Shown here: one piece after another, positions 27,764 through 40,400 of the stretch
Numbering within the stretch: position 1 is the first letter of the stretch
Layout: each line of letters starts with the position of its first letter
Source of the DNA: Octopus sinensis
Lineage: Eukaryota
Length of the DNA: 64,000 nucleotides
Assembly (NCBI RefSeq): GCF_006345805.1
Contig: NC_043015.1
Coordinates: 24,552,001 to 24,616,000, forward strand
Reading direction: 5' to 3'
Translations under genes and position numbers: made by a program
The notes under the pieces: model-generated
Told to the model about the DNA's origin: nothing
Seen by the model: the letters and a program-made list of their open reading frames with translations, nothing else
The model's database searches: none

Positions 27764-28457
27764 TATTGGTCCATCCTATAAATAATGGAAGTGACAAAGG
27801 AACATATTTGGTATATTTTGCTTTGTGAGTTCAATAAAGGCAACAGCACAGTGGAATGTGTGAGGAATATCAATGCAGTATATGAGGATTAGAGAATAAG
27901 CATAAGCCAGTATCAATGGTGGTTCCAGAAATTCTGAGCTGGAAACTACAGCCTAGAAGGTGAGATTCAACATGGAAGATCTATAGAGCTCGACAACGAC
28001 GTCCTGCAAACCCTGGTAACACGAAATCCCATCGTGTCTGTTGAGGAACTAGCAGAGAAGCTTAGATTTGGTCATTCAACCTCTCATTCAAGTCAGCACT
28101 AGAAGAAAACAACCGTCTTTCAACCAGGGTAATTCTCAGCCACATACAGTGAGGATGACATTCCAAAGGCTGGAACAGTTTGAATAGGAAATGATGCCCC
28201 ACCTACCATATTCGCCAGACATTGCCCCATTTCATAATCATTTATTCTGCAGTCTTCAAAATCATTTAGATGGAAAATATATGAGAACAGTAATGGAGGA
28301 GTATTTTTCATCAGAGACAAGTGAATTTTGGAAGTCCACTGGATAGATGGAAGAACATTGTAGAAAATGAAGGAGAGTATATTTTGGGTTAATAAACAAC
28401 TTTGTTTCTCTTAATTTTGAAAAATAAAATCACATTATTTATTAAGTGACCAATATA
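27764..28457 (+). mobile_element. Mariner (DD34D-type) internally deleted element
   Basis: TIRs tattggtccatcctataaataatg and cattatttattaagtgaccaata, within (TA)n. Remnants WFQKF.AGNYSL, GNSQPH and PYSPDIAP. Confidence 0.8.
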
Positions 28458-28526
28458 TATTATATATATTATATATATATATTATATATAATATATATAT
28501 ATATATAATACATAATATATAGATAA

Positions 28527-28577
<51 letters not shown>

Positions 28578-28593
28578 CATAAATATATAGATA

Positions 28594-28655
<62 letters not shown>

Positions 28656-28728
28656 ATGGTATTATTAAAATACCATTACAAGTGGTAAGCGAATTATCAG
28701 CCGTACAGGCAAATTAATAAAATATATA

Positions 28729-29052
28729 CATACAATTAGATATGTACATATATACAGAAGGGTACTACATGAGAATGTTAGTAGTAATTTAGCTGGCAGA
28801 CTTTGGCTGATGAAACATCACGCGCCTATTTGGCACTGAATTTCGAAACTGGTACCAGGTTGACCAGCATTTACTTGTTCTGACCCATTTGAGGTAAGAC
28901 ATTATTATTGTTCACTGATTTTTTTCCTGTCTTGTCAGTAATAGATTTGTGACTATTCGGTGGTACAGAAGTAATTTTTGACTTCTTTCATTAGCGATAT
29001 AGGTATTCATGTAGTACCCTTGTGTATATATGTACATATCTAAAATTGTATG
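28729..29052. repeat. ~44-bp inverted repeats enclosing a degenerate hammerhead-like motif
   Basis: catacaattagatatgtacatatatacagaagggtactacatga (28729-28772) is inverted at 29007-29052. CTGATGA at 28807 and GAAAC at 28845. Confidence 0.6.
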
Positions 29053-31020
29053 ATTGATTGATTGATTGATTGATTCTAGTTTCAGCTCATGAGCTGTGGC
29101 CATGCTGGGGCACCGCCATTTGGTGTTGCTACATGGTTTTACTTCACGAAAGCTTTTTAGCAACTGCCATTTGGTGCATGAGAAAGTTCGATGCAGCTGC
29201 CCTCATCTGCACCTCCTGCCATGAAGTTGGTTCATCTGGGATACCTGACAGGAAGAGATCCAGTTTCATTTTAAAGACATCTGCATCCACCCCATGCAGG
29301 TCTCTTAGGTTCTTCGGGAGGATATTGAAGTGCTGTGGGCCTCGGAAGCCCAGGCTATCACAGTATCTTGTCCTACATCTTGATGGTAAATTTGGAGTCC
29401 TAGGCACCCAGTGGCGCCCAGTTCTGGCATTTGTGTAACTCTTGATGCCAAAGTTTGGGACAAGTCCCTCCAGGATCTTCCAGATGTATATTATGGCATA
29501 TCTTTCCTGCCTACGCTCCAAGGAATATAGTTTTAATCTCTTGAGTCTTTCCCAGTAGCTTATATTCTGCATAGAGGCTATCTTCTTCATGTAGCTACGT
29601 TGGATCGCCTCAAGTTCTGTGATCAACTTGACACTGGATGGTGACCATAACTGAGAGCAATAGTCAAAGTGGCTTAGGACAAGTGTCCTCCAGAGGACCA
29701 TCATGGTTTCTTGTTCTCTTGTTCTAAAGGTTCTGAGAATCCATCCGGCCAGTCGTCTACATTTCATTGCCAATTTAGCAACATGTACACGGAAGGTTGC
29801 GTCATCACTCATGTAAATACCCAGGTCACGCACTGATTGTGCCTCTGGGATTGCAATTCCTCCGGGTCCAGTGTATTTATTGGGTATTGCATTTAGTTTT
29901 GCATGCTGATAGTATAAAGCTTGAAACTTTTCAGCATTGAACTGCATGCTATTCTTTTCAGCCCACTTGTATATTTTGTCCAGCTCACATTGCAGGCGTT
30001 TAGTGTCCTCAGGGTTCTGTATTGCCTGTGAAACTTTTGTATCATCTGCATAACTTGTGATCGTGGCTCTCTGCATGGCTGAGGGCATGTCTGAGAGGGC
30101 CATTATGAACAGTAGGGGTCCCAAAACAGTGCCCTGCGGAACACCGCTCACTATTGCGTGTTAATGGAGTGGCCCCATTGGCTACTACACCTGACTTCTA
30201 TCTTTCAGAAAGTCATGAAGCCATTCTCCCAGTTTTCCAACTATGTTGAGATCATGCAGTTTGTGACATATCATTCCATGATCGACTTTATCAAAGGCCT
30301 TTGCAAAGTCGAGATATATCACTTCCACATTTGAGTGGTTGAGCAGTCGTTTCAGCACCCAGTCATAGTGTTGTAGGAGCTGAGTTAAGCAGCTTCTCCC
30401 TGGTCGGAAACCATGTTGGATGTCGGGCAGCAAGTCATTTTCTTCAAGGAAGGTGATCAGTTTCCTTCTGACTACTCGTTCCATGACCTTGCTGATGTGA
30501 GGTCAGAGAGATAGGTTTGTAGTTCTTGGCCTCCGCTCTGCTACCTCCTTTATGAATAGGGCATATTTTACCTTCTTTCAGTTTTCTTGGAAGTTTGCCA
30601 GCTGCAAGGAAGCTCTGAAAGAGGAACTGCAGTGGTCTTGCTAGGACTCTCTTACATACTTTTAGGAGGATTGCCGGGAATCTATCGGGGCCAGTAGCTG
30701 AGTCTGTTTTCATTTCATCTATAGCCTTTATTACATCGTCTTCCTTTATATCGATGTAATTTATCGTCGCCGCCTCTGATTTTATATCTGCAGTGGTAAA
30801 GAAGTCAGTTCGATTGCTGACTTGAAAATGCCCTAGGGGTGGAGTGAAAATACTTTTGAATTGCTCATTTAGTATTTCACTTATCCTCTTTGGATTTCCT
30901 GTGAGTGTGCCATCGTTTTCAAGGAGTGGCCCTATCCTACGGTGCACCATAGCTGTTTCTTTGGCATACCTGTAGAAAGCTCTGGGGTTAGATTTTATGT
31001 TGTCTATAGCCCAGGCTTCT
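29053..31020 (-). mobile_element. 5'-truncated CR1-group LINE (~2 kb) with RT domain, 3' UTR and (AATC)n tail
   Basis: Three consecutive minus-strand ORFs (30444-30950, 30185-30484, 29144-30151) with GPDRFP, NYKPISLTS, QHGFRPGRSCLTQLL, YLDFAKAFDKVDH, SGVPQGTVLGPLLF and YADDTK. Confidence 0.95.
29144..30151 (-). pseudogene. C-terminal part of a LINE reverse transcriptase ORF (disrupted upstream)
   Basis: 335-aa open stretch with GVPQGTVLGP, YADD, RDLG and YCSQLWSP. Upstream RT motifs are separated by a stop/frameshift. Confidence 0.9.
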
Positions 31021-31793
31021 TTGTATATATATATTTGTATGTATATATTTTATATATATATATATATGTATGTATGTATAAAAATACACACATAGGCACA
31101 TACATGTACTTGCCCCTGTGTATGTGTGTGAGAGAGAGAGAGGGAAAGAAAAAGTGAGAGAAAGGAAAAGAGAGAGAGAGGGGGGGAGAGAGAGAAGAAG
31201 AAAGAGTATGTGGTGGGGTAAAATGGGGAGAAAGAGAAGAAGATGGAGAGGGAGGAAGACAAAGGGAGAGAGAGGGGCAAAGGAGAGACAAAGAAGAAAA
31301 AGAAAGAAGAGAAGGATGATCAATGTAGGAACATTCTGAAAATGGTAAAACTATTAAAATGTTAGGAAGTCATCCATAGATTGAGAAGAAAAGGTGTGGT
31401 GAAAAGGTGCAATGAAGTGATGGAATCATTTAGAACAGAAAACGTATCAAAGGACATGGATTGATTTGTAAACATCAAAATGACAAGGAACTTCGTTTGA
31501 CATTGAAATAATATATTAAGGGACATTAGATCCCCATGTCACTTGATTTGGGGATAAAAGGGAGTAAGATCTGACAACATGTGTTCGTTTTGAGCGAGGG
31601 ATCTTTGTGGTGTCATTGAGTGCCAAGTGGAAAGTACTGGAATCTGGGTACTTGAATCAAAAAAGCAACAGAAACAAAGCAACCACACACACACACACAA
31701 ACGTATGCATATTGCAAGCATTCTATTATATTAAAGTATTTCCTATACATACATACACACATACATACATATCTATATATATATATATATATA

Positions 31794-31888
31794 CGAGAAA
31801 GAAGCAACAAGAATGGATAGGTTTTTAGTACGATCGTTTCATGAAACGATCGTACTAAAACCTATCCATTCTTGTTGCTTCTTTCTCG
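31794..31888. repeat. 95-bp loopless palindrome
   Basis: Arms 31794-31841 and 31842-31888 are exact reverse complements apart from one extra T. Confidence 0.95.
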
Positions 31889-32007
31889 CTATAATCACCC
31901 CACATTACTGTATTGTTAAATCAGTATAGTTTTTTTGGTGCATCTAAGTTAGGTACCATATTCAAGTAAATTCTTTTAAATTAACTTGAATCTTTATTGC
32001 TCTTTGA

Positions 32008-32042
<35 letters not shown>

Positions 32043-32629
32043 TATATTCACATACACACACACACACACTCACATACCGATACTATTAAGCATCGATACA
32101 AACATAATGCTTGATATCTGTTCAATAACGATACAAAACACTGTGAAGAATTTGACATTTCCATGGCAGAATGGAAGAATTTTAAGCTAATAAAAGGACA
32201 AGGAATCAGAGAAGACCACTAGGTTATTCTGCTAAGGTATTGTGCCTTAGTAATCCTTCCCCAAAACTGACATCAAAGAATAATTGAAATTTGAAGAATT
32301 CTAGAAATTGAGGACAAACCATAAAGATTAAAATAGCATGAATATTGAAATATGAACACACACACACACATATACAAAAGCATATAAACAAACATCTTCA
32401 GATCCATGCATCTATACATGCACACTCCTGCAAATATAAACCATACATACACACACACACACAAAGACATGCATACAAGGATGTAGGCAGGTTTACACAT
32501 AAGCTAATCTCATTCGCAGTGTGATTTCAGATTGAAATATTCCCATCCTGTTGATATAACAGTTTAATACCACCATTCAATAAATATTTGCAATATACAA
32601 TCAAAATTGGAAATGACTACAGTCAATGT

Positions 32630-32643
32630 TATAGCAGCAACAA

Positions 32644-32676
<33 letters not shown>

Positions 32677-32721
32677 TGGTGGTGGTGGTGGTGGTTGTGG
32701 TGGTGGTAGTAGTAGTAGTAT

Positions 32722-32769
<48 letters not shown>

Positions 32770-32770
32770 A
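32630..32770. repeat. Compound (GCA)n(GTA)n(GTG)n(GTA)n microsatellite
   Basis: Direct inspection; source of the poly-Val/Thr/Ser ORFs. Confidence 0.95.
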
Positions 32771-33129
32771 AGATATTGTTATTGTTTTGTTTCGGTGTTG
32801 TTTTAAGAAGATATTACCTTGTCCGAGAACACTATGCTTGGTAGAGTGATAAGTGAAAACAATCTGAACACACATAGCAAAATTATATACATACAAACAA
32901 ATACACACACACATGTGCGCACGTGTGTAAAATATGCATGTATGTTTGTACACATGAATAAATGGCTACTTGATATACAAGTTGTTGAAACATGCTGTTT
33001 GCTTGTTTATCAAAACCCATCAGCAAAGATGAAATTATGGACAACAGAAAAGAGGTGTTCAATACATCTCAGGAATATTTTGAAAGTAAATAAATTTTTC
33101 AGTTTTTCCAATCAAAATACGTGTATGTA

Positions 33130-33131
33130 CA

Positions 33132-33171
<40 letters not shown>

Positions 33172-33248
33172 ATCTATCTATCTGTTTGTCTGTCTGTCCA
33201 TCTATCTATCTATCTATCTGTTTGTCTGTCTGTCCATCTATCTATCTG

Positions 33249-33320
<72 letters not shown>
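33130..33320. repeat. (TCTA/TCTG)n microsatellite
   Basis: Direct inspection. Confidence 0.95.
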
Positions 33321-33334
33321 CATACATATATATA

Positions 33335-33820
33335 TATTTGCTTGCGAAGAACTGTTGGGGCAAGTGAAATCGAAATCGAAATCGGAATCGAAATTGAACC
33401 AATCCTATGACTGGCACCCGGCAGATGCCAGGAACCCTGGACTGGTGGTACGTAAAAAGCACTATCCAAATTGTGGCCGATGCCAGCGCCGCCTCGACTG
33501 GCTTCTGTGCCGGTGGCACGTAAAAAGCACCATCTGAATCGTGGCCGAAGCCAGTGCCGCCTCGACTGGCTTCTGTGCCGATGGCACGTAAAATGCACCA
33601 ATCCGACCGTGGCCAATGCCAGCCTCACCTGGCACCTGTGCAGGTGGCACGTAAAAAGCACCCACTACACTCACGGAGTGGTTGGCGTTAGGAAGGGCAT
33701 CCAGCTGTAGAAACATTGCCAGATAAGACTGGAGCCTGATGCAACATACTGGCTTCCCAGATCCCCGGTCGAACCGTCCAACCCATGCTAGCATGGAGAA
33801 CGGACGTTAAACGATGATGA
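33335..33820 (+). mobile_element. Young RTE-derived 3' tail repeat with (GAAATC)n and four 63-68-bp units
   Basis: cgtaaaa(a/t)gcac at 33451, 33519, 33587 and 33650; CpG-rich; (GAT)n tail. Confidence 0.85.
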
Positions 33821-33851
<31 letters not shown>

Positions 33852-34011
33852 CATAACTATAATTAGGATTCAACTAACTAATTATAATTATGTGGATAAT
33901 TTTACTTATAAAGATTATTTTAACATACCAATCTACTTGGTAAAATTGTTAATGAATTGATTAATTAATTTAATTAATACATTTTACCCTTCAATTATTA
34001 ATTTATGTATT

Positions 34012-34073
<62 letters not shown>

Positions 34074-34682
34074 TACATATATATATATATATATACATGC
34101 ATATGTCACTGTGTCAAGCCAGACTATCAGATGTTGTACACTGCTGATCACAATGCACTTTTACACTTTCTTACTTTGCCTGTTTTGGAAGAGCCAACAT
34201 GGTAAATGTTCCAGGTTGTAGCAAAAACATTTTCAGTAAATTCTAACTTGAATGATATAAAGATTATTTTATGCTCATCACAAGGGAATTCTGTGACCCA
34301 GACAAGCAAAGACATACAAATGAAGCTGCAAAACACTGGTGAGGATACACTGTGAAGTTAATGATAAAACTAATGACAATTTTGCAGTTTATGAAATTGT
34401 TAATCACACACTAACACAAACACACACACACACACACACACACATAATTTATGCCTTGAGCAACTTCTATTAAGTTATACAAAGTTATATTTTGTGTGCA
34501 GCCCCAAAATATATTTTTTATTACCATGTGCATGTGTGTGTATGTGTGTAGTCTGTAGATAATCTCAAGGTTTTTCTTCATTTCATCTTCTCTGTATTTA
34601 TTTTCCTTTTGTTGTTTGAAGACTTTCAAACAAAAGTAGATTTCATTACAGAGTCATTGACAGGTTTACAGGCAAAATAATA

Positions 34683-34737
<55 letters not shown>

Positions 34738-34843
34738 ACAATGCAAACAACAACAACAACGACAACATATATGTTTATGTGTGACTTGGTGTATTTATTT
34801 ATTGATTATTTATGTGCCTCATATGGGTATATATGTGTATATG

Positions 34844-34885
<42 letters not shown>

Positions 34886-35755
34886 CGTGTGTGTGTGTGT
34901 ATGTGTGTGTAAGCATGTGTGTGAGTGTGTGTGTATATATATGTATATATATATATATATAATATATGTATACAGGTAAACATATACATACATAAAAATT
35001 GTTATAAATGAAAAGATAAATAAAACCAAATCATTACTGTCAAGACAATCATCATGAAGACCACCACCACCAAAATCATCAACATCACCACCACCACCAC
35101 CATCACGACTACAAACGAAACAATAAACACAACACAAACAACAAACATGCAATGACCCTCATGAAAAATATTTAAATAAATGCACAAATGCAAAAAGAAA
35201 ATTGAAATAAAAAGTTTAATAGATAAAACCCACAACCCCTTCCACTACCACCTGTATTGTTGCTGCTACCATACCATCATCACCATCATCACCACCAACA
35301 ACAACAACAACACAAACAGCAGCAACACCTCCCCCACCAATGGCTCCAGATGCACCAGCAATAAGCAAAAACAAAGACAATGCACCCAACAAACTACTAA
35401 AATTCACAAAACAAAATAAACAGAAAAACACTCACACAAATAAACAAAAAAAACCTTGAGTTAAATCTAATCTTAAGAAAAAGACAAATAAATGTACCAC
35501 ATATAAAAAAAATGAAATAAAAAGTGAAATAAAAATAAAATGAAATAAAAGTAACCCTCCCATCACCCACCACTTCCAGTCCAACTCTCCAAATAAATTC
35601 CATCTGACTATTTTTCCCCATCACTTTTTTATTTATTTAGTCCTTTTTTATTTGTCATTTACAGAAAATAATGGAATTTTTGGCGAAGTCATTTCTTGAT
35701 TTTTATATGCAACAGTCGAATATTTACGGACATACATATACATAGATAAGCAGAA

Positions 35756-35787
<32 letters not shown>

Positions 35788-35925
35788 CAGAGAGAGGACA
35801 GAGAGAGACAGAGAGAGACAGAGAGAGAGAGAGAGATGAGATTCACATATAAATATATATATGTATGCATGTGTGACTCTGTTTCTAAATATAGGTACAT
35901 ATATATATATATATATATATCTTCC

Positions 35926-35959
<34 letters not shown>

Positions 35960-36120
35960 TAAATATACAGATAACTACGTCTACATACCAATATATGAAC
36001 ATATATACACATCCACAAACACACACATAATTGTGTGTATATGTATGTGTCATCATCATTTAGCATCCACTATATACATGTCTATACATATATATATATA
36101 TATCTATATATATTATTATA

Positions 36121-36161
<41 letters not shown>

Positions 36162-36175
36162 CAAACAATTCAATT

Positions 36176-36830
36176 CTACAGTTCTATATTTAAGAGATGT
36201 GGAATTATGTACATTATTTACATTTGACGTTTCAGTCCTCTAGCCTTCATCAGGTGTCTTGGGGAAACTTCGAACCTGGGTTCTCATTCATAAGGTATTT
36301 TTCAATGTTGTTATTATTATTCAGGTCACTGCCTGGAATCGAACTCAGAATCTTGGGATTAGTAGCCCACGTTCTTAACCACTATGGCATGGGCAGTTAT
36401 GGAGCGAATTTTAGGGCTTATAAATCCAATATTCTCCTATCCTTCCTTAATACCTGTTCCCATATGCTGTTCATATCTGCACTCGGTCTGCTTAGGAGGT
36501 TGTTGTGTCCTAACATATGTGCTGCTTCTTTTCGTATTCGTATTTTCCAGTGGTGTTCTTTGTCTATTATTTTAACTTCATCCCACAGGGGTAGGTGGTC
36601 TCCATTTTTCCATACATGATCAGCTATACCTGATTTGCCAATATCTCTCCATGTCACAGCTTTGCGATGTTCCTCTACTCTTGTTTCGAGGGGGCGGCAT
36701 GTTTCACCTTTGTATAACCTACCACAGCTGCATGGGATGGAGTACATGCAGTTCTTGGTTATATTCTCTTCTATTGGCGGTCTTACTCGAAGGAGATATA
36801 TGCGAAGTGTTGTATTACTTTTGAATATAA
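36176..36830 (-). mobile_element. 5'-truncated Penelope-like element: GIY-YIG endonuclease end plus 3' terminal module
   Basis: CMYSIPCSCGRLYKGETCRPLETRVEEHR...SGIADHVW...LWDEVKIIDKE...RKEAAH (stop at 36418) fits the PLE GIY-YIG domain. It is followed by a tRNA-like segment, (TAA)n and a CTGATGA..GAAAC motif. Confidence 0.88.
36321..36394 (-). promoter_or_regulatory. tRNA-like Pol III internal promoter (A/B boxes) within the PLE 3' region
   Basis: Minus strand tgccatagtgg (A-box-like) and gagttcgattcc (B-box-like) with tRNA-like spacing. No acceptor stem, so not a tRNA gene. Confidence 0.65.
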
Positions 36831-37125
36831 CAGTTACGTTGGCAACCGTTCCAGCTGATCCAACCAATAGAACAGCCTGTTCATGAATGTGAGATGCAAG
36901 TGGCTGAGTACTCCACAGACACATGTTCTCTTAACGTTGTTCTCAAGGAGATCCAGTGTGACACAGAAAGTGACAAGACAAGTACAACTCATTTTGACTA
37001 GCTGAGTGCACTGGAGTAATGGAAAATAAAGTATCTTGCCCAAGGACACACTGTGCCACTGGTAATGAAACTTACGACCTTACTATCCTAAGCCAAATAC
37101 CCTGACCAGTGAGCCACATACTTTC
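36830..37125 (-). mobile_element. tRNA-derived SINE with ccttgggcaag core, abutting the PLE fragment
   Basis: Minus strand gtggctcactggtcagg...gtccttgggcaagatact...gtgtctgtggagtactcagccacttgca. Confidence 0.65.
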
Positions 37126-37808
37126 CCATATATGGATAAGACAAATGTATATTCATCTTCTGCATATTAGAAAACATTCAAAATTTAAATGGGGAAAAAA
37201 TCTTCAGTAATAACATTACCATCCATAAAGCCACCACTCACACCATCGCTCCTACGTCTACCACCATCACCACATCCATCATCTCCAACACCAAACCACC
37301 ATCCCTACCACATCCATCATCATTTTAACATTTGTGAAAGGTAAATTAAATCTTATTTATTCCTCCATTATATATATTTCCATAATTCTAAGAATTGTAT
37401 TAGAGAAGTACAAGACTGTAATTCTAAGTAGAGTGTTGAGGAATTACAAGCCATATTCTGCCTCAAGAGAAAAAAAAATCTCTTGCCATTCCTCATACAC
37501 AACATTTTCAATTAGAGCTTTGAGCTCTGGTCTAAGATTTCTTAAAATATAAACCATTATCGTCAAACTGAATGCTACACTGTCTAAGTACAGTTCTTTG
37601 TAGTATATACATGTAGGAGAAACTTCAGGAATTTCTCTACAGAACACACACACACACACACACACATGCACACACACACACACACACACATGCACACACA
37701 CACACACACACACACATGCACACACACACACACACACACATGCACACACACACACACATGCACACACACACACACACGCGTGCACACATGCACACACACA
37801 CACATATA

Positions 37809-38162
37809 GGTGCAGGCATGGTTGTGTGGTAAGAAGCTTGCTTACCAACCACATGGTTCTGGGTTCAGTCCCACTACATGGTATCTTGGGCAAGTGTTTA
37901 CTACTATAGTTTCAGGCCAACCAAAGCCTTGTGAGTGGATTTGATAGATGCAAACTGAAAGAAGTGTGTGTGTGTGTGTGTCCCACTATTACTTGACAAC
38001 TGATGTTGGTGTGTTCATGTCTCCAAAACTTAGTGTTTCAGCAAAAGAGACTGATAGTATAAGTACTAGGCTTAGAAAGACTAAGTCCTGGGGTCGATTT
38101 GTTTGACTAAAGGTGCAACTCTAGCATGGCCACAGTCAAATGACTGAAATAAGTAAAAGAAT
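37809..38162 (+). mobile_element. SINE family A copy
   Basis: Head, body and tail as at 21777. Confidence 0.85.
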
Positions 38163-39406
38163 ACTCACACACACATATATTTAATGGGTAGTAGTAATAA
38201 TACTTTGAGTGAAACATAATTTGGAGACTGAGATGGAATGTTTAGGATGGAACTATTAAGATGGCCAATCAGTCATGAGTATGTTAGGTAAGATCCATTG
38301 TGATATTTTTGGTTCTCGTTCCTTGGGGTCTGATTTCAAATTTCCACTGATATCAATTTTTGCTGACCATCCTTCTGGAATGGATTGAGCAAAGAACCAA
38401 TCTTGAATGATGAACATCTAGAAGTTTTCCAAGCATCTAATTAGGATGCCATGTGGTATTTGTTTCAGATCTTTGTGTTCTGACTTTATATTCTATTCTA
38501 CCATCTTGGTGTATACTTGGAAGGTAGAATTACTCTGCCACCTGCTTTAAGCACCCATCACCAGCATCCACCAGCACCACCTAACCCTTGGCTTCTTTTA
38601 GTGGAAGAGTCTTCTCAGATATAAGCATCCTGTCTGAGTGTTTGGTTCAAGGCTGCATTCCTCCATCATCTCATACCAGTCTTGGAGGCCTTGTAAAAGC
38701 TCATTTCTACTGATCTTTCCCTTGACAAAATGACAAAAAAAATCCTCAAAAAACATCAAATGTGTTTTCTAACTGAAGCCAAATAGCAAATTAATTAATT
38801 AATTAATTGATTGACTGGGTTTAACACTTTTATTGCCAATATTCTGCTGAAACGCACTTTGTTTCCATTAAAATTATTAAAATAATCATGTCATTACTAA
38901 AATGGTGTTTCCAACACAAACTAACACAAAATCTGGTTGAAGTTGTTTTAAATGAAATTGTTTTAAAATAGGGAATTCGTATCCCAGAAGCAGGAGCAGT
39001 CTCAGACAGGTTGGTACTAAACTGGTTAGTCTAAAGCAAGTTTAAAAATAATTATTCAGCGTTGACTGCCAGAATATTTAAGTTAAAGTTTGGATCAGAG
39101 CATATAGATGCATCAATAATTTTGAGATGGATCTGTAAGAAAAAAACACTTTTTCCCAACCAAATACACTCCTAGTGTTAGCTTTATTTCTTGAGGCCAA
39201 ATTCTCAAGATACGGGGGAGGGACTGAAAGAGAATATCCTCCTGTGATCTGCTGCATTGTCTCATTGATTCCTCAAAGGTCCTCAATCAGAGCCTGCAGG
39301 CCAAGAGAAGAAAGTGTTTATCATTTATTGTAATTGATAATTTTGTGCATTTCTTGTTAAGTATTTCAAAGAAAGGCATGTGTGTGTGTGGGAGGTTGTG
39401 TGTATG

Positions 39407-39439
<33 letters not shown>

Positions 39440-39477
39440 ATGTGTGTTTGTGTGTGCATGTATAAAATAGATATTCT

Positions 39478-39666
39478 TTTATTCTTTTACTTGTTTCAGT
39501 CATTTGATTGTGGCCATGCTGGAGCACCACCTTTAGTTGAACAAATCAACCCAAGAACTTATTATTTCTAAGCCTAGTTCTTCTATCAGTGTATTTTGCC
39601 ACACCACTAAGTTACGGGGACATAAACGCACCAATATCAGTGGGGGACAGACATAGACATACAAAC

Positions 39667-39710
<44 letters not shown>

Positions 39711-39868
39711 CAGGCTTCTTTCAGATTCCATCTACCAAATCCATTCACAAGGGTTTGGTCTGCCGAAAGCTATAGTAGAAGACACATGCCCAAGGTGCCA
39801 CACAGTGGGACTGAACCTGGAATCATGTGGTTAGGAAGCAAGCTTGTTACCATAGAGCCATGGCTTCA
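39478..39868 (-). mobile_element. SINE family A copy (reverse)
   Basis: ttttacttgtttcagtcatttg...ccatgctggagcacc...gcccaaggtgccacacagtgggactgaacc. Confidence 0.85.
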
Positions 39869-39972
39869 CCTATATATTAGTTCGATTTACATTATGCATG
39901 TTAGTTACATTATTTATATTTGACAGATATTTGTCCACATCTTGTTTGTTGTTAATCTTGTTTGTTGTCTAT

Positions 39973-40400
39973 TTAGCCAGAGGGGAAGCAGATAAGAAAA
40001 AATTTGCCAATGTTCTGCACTGTGAGGACCAAAGACTTGAGGTATTTCGTGTTGCATGACAGTGTGTGAGAGAGACTCTTGATGTCATAGGAGAGAAATG
40101 TATCTGCATGGATGATTGCTCACTTGCATTAAATGAGGCTGCAAAGAGAGAGGTTTGGAGATGTCACTATGGAAAGAGAATGAATGGGAGAAAGAGAGTC
40201 TGCCAAATGTCAACCCAACAGAGACACCAGCTATCTGAATTGACAGTAACCTTGGTAGAAAAAGCAATTAAGGGTATGAAGACAGGGAAAGCCCTCAGCC
40301 CATCAGGAATCACCACAGAGATGCTCAAAATATCTGGCAGTGTTGGCTATAGCCTAGTTACCCATATAGTTAACCAGGTGGTACATGAAGGAGTCATACC
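39973..40400 (+). mobile_element. RTE LINE internal fragment (between endonuclease and RT)
   Basis: KREVWRCHY...LVEKAIKGMKTGKALSPSGITTEMLK...IVNQVVHEGVIP. Confidence 0.8.

Noticed and set aside
33410-33670. CRISPR-like repeat-spacer array
   Set aside because: The intervening segments are homologous to each other, the array lies inside a dispersed retroelement tail, the context is eukaryotic and there are no cas genes.
37444-37640. Possible minus-strand terminal exon (EIPEVSPTCIYYKELYLDS...EAEYGL-stop) after ttctgtag
   Set aside because: No recognisable domain, a weak acceptor next to (TG)n and no partner exons; needs RNA-seq or homology.
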